A stretch of DNA of 64,000 bases from Eledone cirrhosa (GCA_964016885.1 OZ024742.1:156116001-156180000), one strand, 5' to 3'; counted from the stretch's first letter, positions 14,132 through 29,193 are shown. The notes: generated by a model not told the origin, from the letters alone. Translations and numbers: made by a program.

Positions 14132-14352
14132 ATATTTATATATATATATTATATATAACGAAGGAATTGTGGTAAGGAACCAGTGGACAATATCGCACCG
14201 AAGTACTCAATACTTAGGGTAGTAGAATGGGTAATAGGAACAAGTATGACCCCGACGGCAGAGCTGAAGCCGTTTCGACGGCTATTTTTGGGCCCCAGCA
14301 AGAGCCGTCGAAACGGTTTCAGCTCTGCCGTCGGGGTCATACATGTTCCTAT
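13597..14352. repeat. Inverted repeat pair (13597-13728 / 14161-14288) plus local fold-back 14240-14352
   Basis: AGCCGTCGAAACGGCTTGAGCTCTGCCGTCGGGGTCATAC.. occurs in both orientations; related fragment at ~30625-30668. Confidence 0.8.
13768..13945 (-). mobile_element. tRNA-type SINE
   Basis: Reverse complement of the SINE at 29015-29193 (A box, B box, GCCTTTCATCCTTACGGGGTCGATAAAA core). Confidence 0.8.
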
Positions 14353-14432
14353 ATTATATATATATATACATATATATATATCCATACGTATATATCCATA
14401 TAAGATATATATTTATACGTATATATATACTG

Positions 14433-14533
<101 letters not shown>

Positions 14534-14859
14534 CATTCTTTCTAACACCGGATTCACTAGCGAAAGGTCTGTTTTCCGACTCGCTCATATATATCACACA
14601 GCTTATGCTGAAAGAATAACTATGTTGCTTGTGTTTATTTTCATCTTCGGTTAGCTTCCCCCTGTGTTGTTTACTTGTCTCACTCGCTTTACGCGTTTCT
14701 ATTGTCCTAATAACTTATTTTAGTTATTATCGCTCCAACGTGAGGTATATGATTTTTAATGCGATGAAATACCCATGATCGTTTGGTAAATCACTGATGA
14801 GGTACTCATTTTATAGCATGTTATTCACGTGCAACCAGCAGTATTCTTCTCACCCATAT

Positions 14860-14906
<47 letters not shown>

Positions 14907-14942
14907 ATTAACAAATGGAAATTATATTTATAAAACCATATC

Positions 14943-15007
14943 TATTTTATTATACATATTTCAAGGTCACCATGTTAAATTATGGTATGCTTTCATCAGA
15001 CAAAATA
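14943..15007 (-). ncRNA. Hammerhead family J
   Basis: TATTTTGT-CTGATGA-AAG caTACCAT..ATGGTG acCTT-GAAA-TATGTA-TA-ATAAAATA. Confidence 0.75.
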
Positions 15008-15179
15008 CAAAACATACCAGTTTTATAAATAAATATTGACATACCCTTTCAAAATGCAACCGTTATTTTGGAAGACATCATTTATAACAGTTATAAAAAT
15101 ATTTGCTTGTTGTATCCCAACAATTTAAATGGAACTTTTGTATATATATATTCTTCTACCCGTCATATAACAATATTAT

Positions 15180-15249
<70 letters not shown>

Positions 15250-15469
15250 CGTTTCTGAATTTGTTTAGCAAGACTCTTTATCTGAAATCGTGTGTTGAAA
15301 CCGATATTGTTATACTTTGGGAGGGTCATGTTGCCAATAAGAAACAAACGCACCAGTTGCTTTCACTTCAATTTATTATATATTTATAAATTTATAAATT
15401 TACAAATCTACAAACTTATAAATTTCTGGTTAGTTGGTTTGTTCCACAACCAGATAGTTGTTTATATAT

Positions 15470-15514
15470 AGTCATAGTCCTTTCGTCACACACTATGTGA
15501 CCTCTTCAGTGACT
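15470..15514 (-). ncRNA. Hammerhead family D
   Basis: Intact AGTCA-CTGAAGA..GAAA-GGAC-TA-TGACT on the minus strand. Confidence 0.8.
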
Positions 15515-15728
15515 GGGGATTCCTTTCTTTGTTTCTGTGCCTTTCCTTTCTTCTATCCTACGCCATTTTGTTTATGTGTGTGTGTTGTGTGCTCAGTTTG
15601 CGCATGCGCCACATCCGGGTGTCTGTGTGTGTTTGTGTTCATTTATCTATTTGTTTATTTATTTATTTATTTATTTACATGTTGTTGGTTGGTTGTTTGT
15701 TCTATGTGTGTGTGTTTTCATTTTGTCC

Positions 15729-16183
15729 TTAATTGTAAGTTGTGATGTTGCTGTTCCACTCATATTTTCTATTTAATTTTGGTTGTAATTCTTTTATGCT
15801 TACTGCCTCTGTAATTTGCCTAAACATTGCATCTTTTCTGTGTGTGGATTCTATTTTTATTTCTATGTTCTCTAATTTACCCTTGTGTTCTATCTTAGCA
15901 TGTTGGTAGAGCACAGATGATTCTTTATTATCTTGAAGGTCTCGCCAGTGTTCATTTATTCGTTCCCCTATACTACGAGCTGTCTCACCTATGTACACTA
16001 TATTTTTGTTTCTACATTGTCCTTCAGTACATCTTATGCTATACACTACATTTCTAGTTTTACAGTTAATATGGGAGCTTATTTTACAGGTTATACATTT
16101 CTTATCTATACATGAGTGTCTTTGGAACGGATATGTCTTGCTAATAAGTGTAAGTGTAAGTGTTTTTACGGAGGTACCTGGTC
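15729..16183 (-). pseudogene. PLE GIY-YIG endonuclease C-terminal fragment (Hydra-clade-like)
   Basis: C..KKCITC, NCKTRNVVYSIRC..C..VYIGETARSIGERINEH, H..EH, RQITEAVSI, LNRKYEW. Confidence 0.85.
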
Positions 16184-16524
16184 TTAACTGTAAAACTAGA
16201 AATGTAGTGTATAGCATAAGATGTACTGAAGAAAAATGTAGAAACAAAAATATAGTGTACATAGGTGAGACAGCTCGTAGTATAGGGGAACGAATAAATG
16301 AACACTGGCGAGACCTTCAAGATAATAAAGAATCATCTGTGCTCTACCAACATGCTAAGATAGAACACAAGGGTAAATTAGAGAACATAGAAATAAAAAT
16401 AGAATCCACACACAGAAAAGATGCAATGTTTAGGCAAATTACAGAGGCAGTAAGCATAAAAGAATTACAACCAAAATTAAATAGAAAATATGAGTGGAAC
16501 AGCAACATCACAACTTACAATTAA
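16184..16524 (+). pseudogene. Inverted duplicate of the GIY-YIG fragment
   Basis: Near-identical peptide on the plus strand from NCKTRNVVY to the stop. Confidence 0.85.
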
Positions 16525-16735
16525 GGACAAAATGAAAACACACACACACATAGAACAAACAACCAACCAACAACATGTAAATAAATAAATAAATAAACAA
16601 ATAGATAAATGAACACAAACACACACATACACCCGGATGTGGCGCATGCGCAAACTGAGCACACAACATACACGCAGAAACAAAATGGCGTAGGACAGAA
16701 GAAAGGAAAGCACAGAAACAAAGAAAGGAATCCCC

Positions 16736-16780
16736 AGTCACTGAAGAGGTCACAGAGTGTGTGACGAAAGGACAATGACT
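16736..16780 (+). ncRNA. Hammerhead family D (cleavage-site U mutated)
   Basis: GAAA-GGAC-AA-TGACT. Confidence 0.6.
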
Positions 16781-16990
16781 ATATATAAACAACTATCTGG
16801 TTGTGGAACTAACCAACCAACCAGAAATTTATAAGTTTGTAGATTTGTAAATTTATAAATTTATAAATATATAATAAATTGAAGTGAAAGCAACTGGTGC
16901 GTGTGTTTCTTATTGGCAACATGACCCTCCAAAGTATAACAATATATATATATATTAATATATATATATATTAATATATATATATATATA

Positions 16991-17322
16991 GTAATAATAA
17001 TAAATTTGAAGACTAAAATCCAAAGAGGGCTCGATAAGGATAAATATATATCAAATATATAAGAACCGTAGAACACATATTTATTAAAATAACAGATTAA
17101 AGTTTAAGCAAAGAATCGCTGCTTTCACCCTTAACGGTATCTTCTGAAACTAACAAAGTCAATCTGTAAACGCAGAACTGGATATTTCAAAAAACGTTGC
17201 AACAGGAGGAAGACAGGAAGACGATACTTTGGTTCGTATTTGCTCTACGGTTCTTATATATTTGATATATATCTATCCTTATCGAGCACTCTTTGGATTT
17301 TAGTCTTCAAATTTATTATTAT

Positions 17323-17327
<5 letters not shown>
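16991..17327. repeat. Inverted repeat (~85-bp arms, ~165-bp spacer) flanked by (TA)n
   Basis: 16991-17074 mirrors 17241-17327. Confidence 0.8.
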
Positions 17328-17391
<64 letters not shown>

Positions 17392-17820
17392 TTGGTATGT
17401 GTGTTTACAGAAAATATTCATCGTTTTTGACCTGATGAATATTTAAATTAAATTTACCTTGTACTATGGTGTACAGCTTTATATGTTTAGTTTTTAGTTG
17501 CTGGCTGAAACTACGAAGCATATATGTTAAAAATGTAATGTTGATGAGAATATATACATTTAAATGTTTGCATTGTAAACACGTTTTTCTTACTAAAATC
17601 AAATAATGTGGTAGACTCAAATTTCATTTAGAATAATTTCGTTGCATTTTAATTCAGATATTGTTATATGACGGGTAGAAGAATATTTGTAATCAATATA
17701 TACGCTAGCAAAGTGTACCTAGCCTAAATTATTCGATTTACTTTCAATGCAGTGAATATTCATGTTCTTCATTTTATTATCTTATATTTCCCTTAGCTGA
17801 ATTGATTTAAATTCAAAAAC

Positions 17821-17890
<70 letters not shown>

Positions 17891-17917
17891 CTCTGTGTGT
17901 GTCTATTTATTAAAGCT

Positions 17918-18845
17918 AATTATTACAACGGCACCATACAATATACATATTTTCGTTTGCCCTGAAGATCAACGTGTGCAACCTCTGCCGATGAAAATGA
18001 ACCGGAAAATGTTTACACAAAAAGAAAAAATAAAGAAAAACAGGGAAAGTAGACGGGAAGAGCTCAAATTAAGGGTAGATAATTTGAATATTGTATGGGA
18101 CAGAATATGCCCGCTAAAGAGGGCTTGAAAAATCGGTAGATTAAGAAGGACTTTTGGGAGAAACACACAAAACAATATTAAGGATGCCATTTCATTGAAA
18201 GATACTTAGAAACATTCGAATATCGCGAGAACAACTCTGTACGTGTATTAAGTGGATTGTTATTTTGTGGAGATTATTCTATCGTCATTGTAAAATCCGC
18301 AGGCATTTAACACATTAATATATTGTCGAGATTTGTCTATTCTCTTCCATTTGGTGGAGAAGTTCCTGATCTTGCCTTTGAGTTGCCATATTTTATTCGC
18401 CAAATTAGTGTTGCATCTTTTATCTGGGTTTAAAGGAAGCGATATTGAGACCGGCTTTCTGAGATACTGACATACTTCCAGTATTCTTTTCGGTAGTGTT
18501 GATTCAATGGCGAGATCTCAGCCTCGTATAGCGTCGCGCTATTGATCCAGCTTGCATGATACGTGTATGCTTTTACAAGAACATCCATATAATTTGGTTC
18601 TCTATTGTTTACGCAGTAGGTGTGACTTCATGTTCCTTTCACTAATATTGATCGCGTGACGATTAAAAATCTAATGGTATTTGCTAGTTGTGTTCTGTAT
18701 TTTCAGGTTTGAGTAAACATTTTCCGGTTGATTTTCATAGGTACAGATTGAACAAGTTGTTCCACAAGGCTAACGGACGGAATGTACCTTGTATGTTACC
18801 GTTGTAATAAATGGCCTTAACAATTATATTTAAACTCACCATATG
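17918..18845 (-). pseudogene. Heavily decayed Naiad-like PLE fragment with inverted arm
   Basis: Minus-strand peptides KYH*IFNRHAI, NPDKRCNTNLANKIWQLK and PLNTRTELFSR parallel the element at 1389-3719; 17918-18017 is a diverged inverted copy of ~18713-18812. Confidence 0.6.
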
Positions 18846-18950
18846 GACCTGAGTTGTACTATACCTTGGATATTTTTATATTCTTACCTTTGCATTACCT
18901 CTATATACACATACATTTATATACATACATACACGCACATATATATAAAC

Positions 18951-19001
18951 ACTCTTTTACCTGTTCTAGCCATCCAGCTGAGGCCATGCTATGGCACCGC
19001 T
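18951..19001 (-). mobile_element. Isolated 3' tail of the CR1-group LINE family
   Basis: Matches 34568-34615 in reverse orientation. Confidence 0.65.
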
Positions 19002-19269
19002 CTATATATATATATATATAAAATTATTTTTTCCTATCAATAATATCACAAACCCTTTTTTTAAAAATTCCCTGACAAAAACATGAAATATCATTACCGA
19101 TACGATAAAGTAGCCCCGGGTCGTCCAAGCATGGCAAACGCCACAAACATCTGCTTCCTGTTTATACCAAATCAAGTCTTTGACTGACCAATACACATTC
19201 AAAAACGCGCCAACTCGCGCGCGCGCACACACACACACATACCCTACTTCCTGTTTACACCAAATCAAT

Positions 19270-19480
19270 TCATTCACATCGTTCTCCGACAGGTTCGTGG
19301 TTGTGCCCTCGGCAGTGGACACTTCTGGTGTCCTTGGCCCCAGGGCTACCTCCCCACTCACCACCATAGGCGCTGAGCTGACCATCAGCAGCCGTGAGCC
19401 TCGCAAGCTGGAATGGCTCTTCCAGCGCATCTCCCTTCCAACCTCAGGGGAAGCGCCTTCTCCATTCTGTCCACCGAGTT
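19270..19480 (+). pseudogene. 3' fragment of an RLE-type (CRE-like) non-LTR retrotransposon
   Basis: FVVVPSAVDTSGVLGP..IG..EPRKLEWLFQRISL, then frameshifted LRGSAFSIL; resembles the P.AVET.GV.GP..QR.S.A.QRGNA motif. Confidence 0.62.
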
Positions 19481-19997
19481 TGTGGGGAGGCCAGCGCGTG
19501 GGACCCCATTTGCTCACCATACAGAGAGGTGGGGATGACAGTGGGACGTCGGCTCTTCCACCTTCGGCCCATATCCTTGTTTTTGACTTCATCAGCCCTA
19601 GTGCAGTAATGATATAAGGAAACAATGCATCCATTGTCAGTAGTGTAAAGAGACACAGTAACATGGCATTTAAACAATTTAAAACATCAAATTAAAAATA
19701 ATAAATGGGTAAAGGAATAACAGCTTAAAATTAAGAGGTTGCTTCATTCCTTCCCACTGATTTATACACATTACAAAAGGCGTCCACACGCGCTCGCGCA
19801 CATACACACTCGAATCCTTAATTGCTCACGCGCTAACGTAAATATGCATATGAATACCGGTGAATACACACTCGCATTGCCGCTCAAATAATTACACCAA
19901 AATACACACACACATAAAAAAAATAGTGCCGTGCCAATGCCTATATATATATATATATATATATACGTAGGTCCCGGGTTGAGTCGGGGATAACCAC

Positions 19998-20287
19998 AGT
20001 AAGTAAGGTACTCAATACATGGCAGAGTAAACATTTTTATTTTATAGAAGAATCTTCTACAGGACTAGTACAGTAAGTAAGGTACTCAATACATGGCAGA
20101 GTAAACATTTTTATTTCATAGAAGGAGCTTCTACAGGACAGTAATTAAGGTACTCAATACATGGCAGAGTAAACATTATTATTCATAGAAGGAGCTTCTA
20201 CAGGACAAGTAATTAAGGTACTCAATACTGTAGGACAAGTAAGTAAGGTACTCAATACTGTAGAAGCTCCTTCTATGAAATAAAAAA
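19998..20287. repeat. ~70-bp minisatellite (3 units), two ~28-bp partial units and a terminal inversion
   Basis: TAAGGTACTCAATACATGGCAGAGTAAACATT..ATAGAAGGAGCTTCTACAGGAC repeated; 20259-20287 is inverted. Confidence 0.85.
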
Positions 20288-20299
20288 AAATAAAAATAA

Positions 20300-20373
<74 letters not shown>

Positions 20374-20636
20374 CATTCTCGGTCCACGCACCGCAAGTAA
20401 AATATATCTTTTGTCGCATCACCAGTCTGAGGAACAGATCGATACTATAATCGGGTTCATATCTCCTTTGGGTCACCTTAAGACAATATTCTACGAAATA
20501 CATCTAACAGTTCGACACCCAATAAATATTTTTCATATGTAAAGGATACTTCCTTTATTATATATATATATATATATATAATAGCGAATAAGTAAAAACG
20601 AAGTAGTTTCAGATGTTCAAGGTCTTTAATAATAAT

Positions 20637-20710
20637 GCTGTGATATATATTTCAATAACGACACTGGCCACACTGTTCTGTGTGCGAGTGTCGTGACATC
20701 ATCAAACAGC
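20637..20710 (-). ncRNA. Hammerhead family C copy 2 (C3U core change)
   Basis: GCTGT-TTGATGA-long stem II-GAAA-TATATA-TC-ACAGC; perfect 5-bp stem I. Confidence 0.62.
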
Positions 20711-21242
20711 TTGTTACATAATAAATTTATGTTTCCGAGGCAATCCAAGTTGAATCAACATGGGAACGGACGAAGTGTGTGCTTTTGGGTCCTTCATCCG
20801 TTCCCCTGTGAGTACCAATTCACCTCCACCGGTCTGCGCAGGCGCATGTCCGAACAAATTTGACCATTAGCTACCACATATATACATATATGTATATATA
20901 TATAATATATATATTATATATACATATATATATATAATATATATACATATATATATATATAATATATATACTTATATATATATATATATATAATATATAT
21001 ACATATATATAATATATATACATATATATAAAATATATATACATATATAATATATATATACATATATATAATATATATAATATATATATATATAATATAC
21101 GTATATAATATATATACATGTATATAATATATATACATGTATATAATATATATACATGTATATAACATATATACATGTATATAACATATATACATGAATG
21201 TGTGTACGTATGTATGTACATATAAATCTGGGAGTGTGTGTA

Positions 21243-21278
<36 letters not shown>

Positions 21279-21649
21279 GATTTATACGTATATACATATG
21301 CACACACATTCATGTGTGGGGCTGATGCTATGTTTGTCAGTGTATGAGTGCATGTGTGTTATGCCTATGTGTGTATGTGTATATGTATAAATGCGATAAC
21401 CTGAAAGGGAAAAAATGTAACGAAAAATGCCATAGTAAAATAGAAACGAAAGGCAATTGCGTAAACAAATAAACACAAATCCCACCCACCCCCAAAATAT
21501 TAGAAATAACTGAGATAAATCATTATGCTTTATTGTTTACCTGCTTGAGTAAAGATATTGCATGTGTGTACAAAATACTTGCTTTTGTTTGAGTCTAAAA
21601 TGTGTGAAGTATTCCATGAAATCGAAATTGACCATATGATGTTATGGAT

Positions 21650-24380
21650 ATATGTTTACTTCACATTTGGATATGCAAAGAAAGCTTAGTATTGATTTCT
21701 TAATGCAGCTCAATACTATTGGAATTGGTTGTTGAGGACTGATGATATGAATGCGACTTTATAAATATTTCTTTATTGTTTTTTGGTGAATGTTTAAATC
21801 TTTGGTACCAGTACTTTCTATTTTTATAAATTAAGAAAGATTTTAAAGGGATTTGATAAATTATTACATTTTATTACAATTGGAGTTGTTCTTTAACTTT
21901 CAATCTTGAATTTTGTTCATGCTATTGACATGCTCTGCGGTGGATAAACAGATTTATCTGAATATTCAGAAAATTGCAGCAGACACTTCATAGGAAATAG
22001 CAACTCTGTAATAATAGGGAACTTAGTTGCATTCTATCTAGTCTTTATTTGTCTTATTGAAACTGATGTAATTACGTGTAATAAATATATCCGGTTTGTT
22101 ATGATCACTATTTACTGTAGTTCTCTAGGGTTAATTGAAATAAAATATATATCTTATATATAAATTATTTTTACGTTTTCCATTGGTAAAATTAGTTTTA
22201 ACTATGAATAACGAAAGTTTTGTCTATTACCTTTAGTACTATATTAGGAAAGTTTCTATATATATTTCTCTTTGCTAACAAATATTCAGATTTAATCAAT
22301 ATCTAAAAAAATAACCATAATTACAGAAATAAAAACAAGGCACACATGTAGGTGGACATTATTTTTTCACATACACACACACATCTGGACAGCTTCACAC
22401 TCATAAACGAGCAAATGAATATATTCAGTCTGTTGTGTATTATATTTTCAATTATTATTATTGGAATGCCACTCACGTTCTATGCCAATTTGAAGTTTAT
22501 CTGCTCCACTAAATTGTTGAACGCGTAAGCACGACTTTATAAAATTTAATTCAATCAACAATGATCATTATTCTTCAATGTTTGTTATGTAAACATATTG
22601 ACGTTGAAACACACTGAAAAAACAGTTTACAAGAAAAATGTCTCTATACCACTGTAGGCTGAGTCGCCTTTGGAAGACGTGATCGACGTCAGTTGGTTGC
22701 TGCTTCAATGGTTTCATCTTTTGGAAGAGTTGATTCAATTTACCTTGGCATCAAAGTGTTTGTTATATTTTAGTTCTTCAAATATCTTAGATATTCTGAA
22801 GTTTTCGGTTTTAGATTAAATTAAATGAAATTCATCACTCTTTTAGAAAGCGGGTACTTTTGCTAAATTATGAACTAAATTTACTGCGTCTCTTTATATA
22901 AAATATCTTATCAATGTTATATTTATGTAATATTCTAGTAGATATTCACTCCTTCACTGTTTCTAAAAAAATATTATCTCTGTCCTTGCGTCACTACTGG
23001 TGTATTTTAATATATTTAATTTATGGTGTATTCATTTAGAAACTCTGTCACAATATCAAAACATGGCTACTTCCAGTTTTGGCAATGTGTGAATATATAT
23101 GAAAAATATTCTGTTAAAATTTAATAATATCTCATATTCAGAAAGTCTGAAAGTGTTTGCTGTATGTATTTTCATGTGGAAGGAAAGAGCAGTGGACAAC
23201 AATTTATTTAATATGAATTGGGTGTGTGTACGTGTAGCGGTTGGCCGGGTTTTAAGGTCCACTTTTGCATATATGTTCGATATTTCTATTCCAAATTTGA
23301 CGCCATTATCCAATGAAGTTTGAGGTGAAGGATAAGAAGCGTAATTCTCCGTGGCTAAAATTGGACTGTGTAAATCTACTATTTCTGTTGTTTATTCAAT
23401 ATCTTAGAATATAATATGCTTGATTGTAGTAAAATCTTTCTTTTCATATTAAGAGGCACACTTTTGTTTATTGTTGTTATGGTAACTCTAGATATCAAAA
23501 CTCTTATATCCCAATAAATTGTGACGTTTTCAACGTTGTTTTGGGGATTTTGAGGATAATTTCTGAACTCTTGTCTTGTTCCATTAGAATGTTCTTATGC
23601 CATGCATAAATTATGCAGAAGCCTCATAGTTGCACTATATTTCACAAATATAATATAATGGCATTTTCAAGGGTTCAAATCATAATTTAAGTAGCTCTCG
23701 AATAGTTCAAATCATAATTTGAGTAGCTCTCAGTTTCCAGTTGCTACTCACTGAAACTAGATTCAATACATCTTTGGCTACATCACAGTCCATATTTTTG
23801 AATGAGAGAATGGCAATGGAGAGTTTCTCTTCCTGGTTTGGATTACCGAATATGCAATCAATTACTATTACTTTAACAAACATTATATCAATTATATCCA
23901 CATCATCATCAGTAAATAATTAACTTTTTTAGTGGAGCAGTTTCTTTTGTAATTTGAAGTATAAGATTTGTAAAATCTCTTGGCTTTTCAATGCTATACA
24001 AATTGTGGGTTAGCTGATATTGTTTGAAATGCAATCACAAATAATGTATTAATTGTATTAATTAACAGTAATTGTGGACTGCAAAATTATAGATAAATCT
24101 CCATAAAATAGGATTATCCTTCTTACAAAAGACCAGTTTACACCAGTAATAATTTGTATGAATTTGTCTATCACATTTTGTGCATGTTGAAATTACCTGT
24201 GTCGCTATCATACTGATATCTAGATTGTAATTTTAAATTCTGTTCAAGTGAACATTGTGAGAAACCAAGGAGTAATTGTGTTTAAAGTAATATCACTGTC
24301 TTTTGAGTAAGATAGCTACAGTATCTATTCACTTTGAACATAATTCTTGGTGATTATTGCTTCTATGAAGAGATATATTC
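21650..24380 (-). pseudogene. Very old hAT-type (Tip100/ZMYM1-like) transposase fossil
   Basis: Collinear weak motifs RDFTNLILQITKETAPLK (~GNF.ELL), IVIDCIFGNPNQEEKLSIAIL (~DET.D.S..EQLSI), remnants of QxYD and FMHG (~IHC), TFRLSEY; many stops; no TIRs found. Confidence 0.4.
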
Positions 24381-24492
24381 CTATTTTAAAATGTGCTTTA
24401 CGGTCAGTTAGTGCAGACACAAAGGGTTTGGAAAAGAAATGAACCTACACCTATTCTCTTCTGTTTCTCGACTATTAATCTGTTATATTGCA

Positions 24493-24675
24493 GTGGATTG
24501 GCAGTACCGTTAGCGTGTCAGACAGTATATTTGCAGCATAGAGTTATAGCCCTTTACGTTCAGAGCTCAAACCCACCGACGTTAGCTTTGCCTTTCATCC
24601 ATATGAGGTCGATAAAATATAGCATCAGTATGCTGGGGTAATTGCTGGCCTTGTGCCAAAAGTAGAAACAATTAT
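24493..24675 (+). mobile_element. tRNA-type SINE, diverged
   Basis: TTGGCAGTACCGTTAG, GAGCTCAAACCC, GCCTTTCATCC..GTCGATAAAA, CCTTGTGCCAAAAGTAGAAACAATT. Confidence 0.75.
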
Positions 24676-25815
24676 TTTATTACTTTGCTGGTTTCAGCCA
24701 CTGCACAGACACCATGGTGAAACAAGTTTTACCAGTTTATAGTCTAAAACAAGGAACCCACTGCTTATGATGTTTTATGTTTTGACTCGCTTCTACGTCT
24801 ACATAAACAAAACTCATACATAGCCATCACTTTTTCGCTTGCCAGATATGTTTAAACTGAATTTCACTATTCGATTAATTTCTAAAACCATTCCGTTACG
24901 ATATCTCAAATATAATACATATCCATGTTTTTCAAATAATTTTCATAAACAAGAATTTTAAGGATAAAATATAATATATTCCTCCTAAATTATCTGTGTT
25001 TAGAACACACCAAATTGCATACAAATCTATGATGGAAGGTTTTTAGATGAATAGAAACACTTCAAAACAAATAGTGTTTACTAATGGTACAAACAAGCGC
25101 AGTTTCCAGTGGTGTGGTGTCAGAAAGGTTGAGACAGTAGAGTGAGATAAAGTGAAATAAGACGTGTTTTCCAGTGTGTCAAATGAATAGATACATGCCC
25201 CTTCGTACGATCATCACAAAATCCTTCTTTTTTTTTGGTTTATATATATTTAAAATGTTATCACCATTAAACTAAATAAAGGCAATGTAATGTTCCACGC
25301 GTGTTGACCCCAGTACTTAAAGGGATATGACAACATACTCATGATATACATCAGTCATCTGCACTCGTTACATTTCCACATTATATTTAATGTATTAATG
25401 TCTTCTTTCTTTTCCCACTTTCTCAAGATGATTTTCTACGCACCAATATTATTTTGCTTCTGTATTTCCTGATCTATGCCATTTAACCTTTTGCTCTTTA
25501 CATATTTCTCGGTTTTCCTCATAGCCATTTACCCTAACAGTAAAAAATAATGAAAAAAAATAATGATAATAATAATAATAGTGAAGATGATGATGATTAT
25601 ACTAAAATTATGAATTAACCAAATATCCTTTCAAACGCACACAAGAAAAAACTGTTAAAACATTGATATAAAGATTGCACAAGTGCTTTATGGCCATCTC
25701 TTAGTGCTTGTTATTTTACTCCGCCTTTCCACTTAAACACAGTGTGAATTCTCTGCTTTTCCCTATTTACTCCCTATCTCATTGTAACTTTATACTTACC
25801 AATTAGCTTCCATAT

Positions 25816-26696
<881 letters not shown>

Positions 26697-26776
26697 TTCA
26701 TAGATATACATATTTATATATATATATAATATTAAATTCAAATATTAATAAAATAGATGTTCGTGTGATCAATTAA

Positions 26777-26842
26777 ATTTTATTATACATATTTCAGAGT
26801 TACGTGAATCAGGTTCAACAATACGTCCTCATCAGATAAAAT
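26777..26842 (-). ncRNA. Hammerhead family J-related
   Basis: ATTTTAT-CTGATGA-ggACGT..TGAA cctga TTCACGT..ct-GAAA-TATGTA-TA-ATAAAAT. Confidence 0.72.
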
Positions 26843-27547
26843 CAAATCATACATGACATACCCTGACATGTTAGATGGTTAAGATTTAATCAATGTAGTG
26901 ATTAACGTATGAGAAAGCTCAACATTTATACCCTAATAAAGAGAACATGCGAAAACGTAATAGAATCAATAGACAAGGTGTGAGTAAGAAAAACATTGCT
27001 TTAATGTAACAGTTATAGAGTTTTTAAAATCTTGGATACTACAATTAGGATTATAGATGAAGTCGTCTCTGGAGTTATAATTTTTTAACTTTTTGGCTTG
27101 AGAAAGCAACTGATAGATAATTAAAGAGAAGGAGATATAAAGGGGAGTAATTTATGCAAACATTTTCATCGGACACATATAGACCTAGCGGTTAAATTTC
27201 AAAATATTTAATTTATCTTATTTTAGGGTGAAGAATCAAAATTTTAGGTTTTAAAAGTTGATGGTTATTTGTATTGATTTTATGAATTTTATAAATTTTA
27301 TAAATGTGTTACATTTCTAAAATTCAAAGTTTTATGAAAACAAATTGAAAGGATTTACTAAGCCCGCGAAAGAAAGATATATATACTGTTCAATATTCAC
27401 ATAAAGGTAGTCTTTAACAAAATTACTTGTAACACTGTCAACATTTTCGGTATGTATAATTTATGAAGTACTGTTATAAATATCGAGGAATGTATTGTTA
27501 AATGGATATATTGTCTAAAGTATAATAATTAACGCAGAGTTTTTAGC

Positions 27548-27649
<102 letters not shown>

Positions 27650-28110
27650 TGTGTGTGTATGTGTGCATTTATCACAATAAGAGGACTATAAATTATTATT
27701 TATTATATATATATTATATTGAATCATTATATTAGTTCTACCTTCAAGGGAAGAACGAACTCTAAATAATGATTATGTTATTGTACAATATACATATATT
27801 TGCACAAATTATATATAGCGTTATACCGAACAATAATTATGATTATGTTATTATACATTATAAACATAAATGCACAGAACTATATACAGAGATGTACCTA
27901 ACTATAATTATGATTGTGTTATTATACGATATAAATATATTTGCAAAAACTAGATATAGAGAGATATACTAAGTATTAATGAGACAGTATACATTTGGTA
28001 AAGGATAACGATTATAATCTTAGATAATAGATTCATACATGCATAACTATAAAATAAAATAGATACATATATATATATATATAACAAAAGAATGTAAACG
28101 CCTGAATGAT

Positions 28111-28400
28111 CAACAGTTCAAAATAAGGTCCGTAAAAATTTACACCTTAGATATTTAAACTATATTTAAAACAGAGATAGAAAAAATGAAGATAGAGAAA
28201 TAAAGGTCTGGATCACAGTTAATAATATCCCAAAAGCCATATGTTATGTATATCAACATTTCAAAATAAGGTCCGTAAAAATGTACAGGTTCGATATTTA
28301 AACTATATTTAAAACAGAGACAGAAAAAACAAAGATAGCGAAATAAAGGTCTGGATGAAAGCCAATAACATCCAAAAAGCCATATGTTATGCATATCAAC
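28111..28400. repeat. Tandem duplication of ~143 bp
   Basis: TTCAAAATAAGGTCCGTAAAAAT..AAAGCCATATGTTATG occurs twice. Confidence 0.85.
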
Positions 28401-29014
28401 GTGCCAGCATGTTATTAAACAAATGTCATTCACTCAAACGTTACTTCCTTCATAGATCGTTAGAAGATAAAGCAATATTAAAGTTCCACAAGCCATTAAG
28501 ATTTATATTTTTAACAGCCGATGATGTACGTCTAAAAACCAGGCTTGGCTGCCCACTGTTTTCTCCTGGTCTTACGCGAAGCCTGGAATACAGACAAGGG
28601 TCCATGAAGGCAGTCTGAGAACAACTCACTCCTTCTGTCAACTAAGTTCTCATAAATATTAATAATCAAACAGGTCTCCATTGTACAAAGCGCGCAGTCA
28701 CTTGATATACGTCAGTTGCGTAAACTTCACTATCACAATGTTTCGTCCAAAAGATGGAGTATTTTAAATCCTTGTCTTTCAATGACCATATAAGCTGTGA
28801 TAAAGGAGTCGATGATTTCCCGTTAGAATTCGAAAATGAGCATCCATGATTCGCAAATCAAGCCTTAAATGTAGAAGAAGTCGATCCTATGTAGCCGTAT
28901 GTATTGTAATCAGTTTTTACGGTGCACCTATACACCAAACCACCATCCAAATAATTACCCTGCAGAGGATAATCATGTTTATTTCTACAATTACATTTAC
29001 AATATCATTAATAT

Positions 29015-29193
29015 TTGGCAGTATCGGTAGAGGGACGACGCCATGCTTTGACGTATAGAGTTACGGCCCTTGCCATTCTGAGTTCAAATCCCGCCGAGGT
29101 TAACTTTTCCTTTCATCCTTACGGGGTCGATAAAATAAAGTACCACTAATGCACTGGGTAATTGCTGCCCTTGTGCCAAAAGTAGAAACAATT
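29015..29193 (+). mobile_element. tRNA-type SINE
   Basis: A box TGGCAGTATCGG, B box GAGTTCAAATCCC (29080-29092), central CCTTTCATCCTTACGGGGTCGATAAAATAAAGTACC; five copies in the window. Confidence 0.82.

Larger units (their letters stand above)
15247..16945. mobile_element. Fold-back PLE family D with the GIY-YIG end duplicated in both orientations
   Basis: 15304-16069 mirrors 16184-16945; same arms as 11581-12526 and 42549-43125. Confidence 0.9.

Noticed and set aside
14765-14806. GAAA..TGAT..ATCA-CTGATGA as a permuted hammerhead
   Set aside because: No UH site and no stem II pairing
17955-18012. CTGAAGA..GAAA in the inverted arm of the decayed Naiad-like element
   Set aside because: Stem I and the UH site cannot be built, and the other arm lacks the core
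19002-19664. 220-aa minus-strand ORF as a host exon
   Set aside because: It is antisense to an RLE-type LINE fragment and has no recognisable motif
29015-29095. tRNA gene (A and B boxes)
   Set aside because: No cloverleaf; continues into a body shared by five dispersed copies, so it is a SINE
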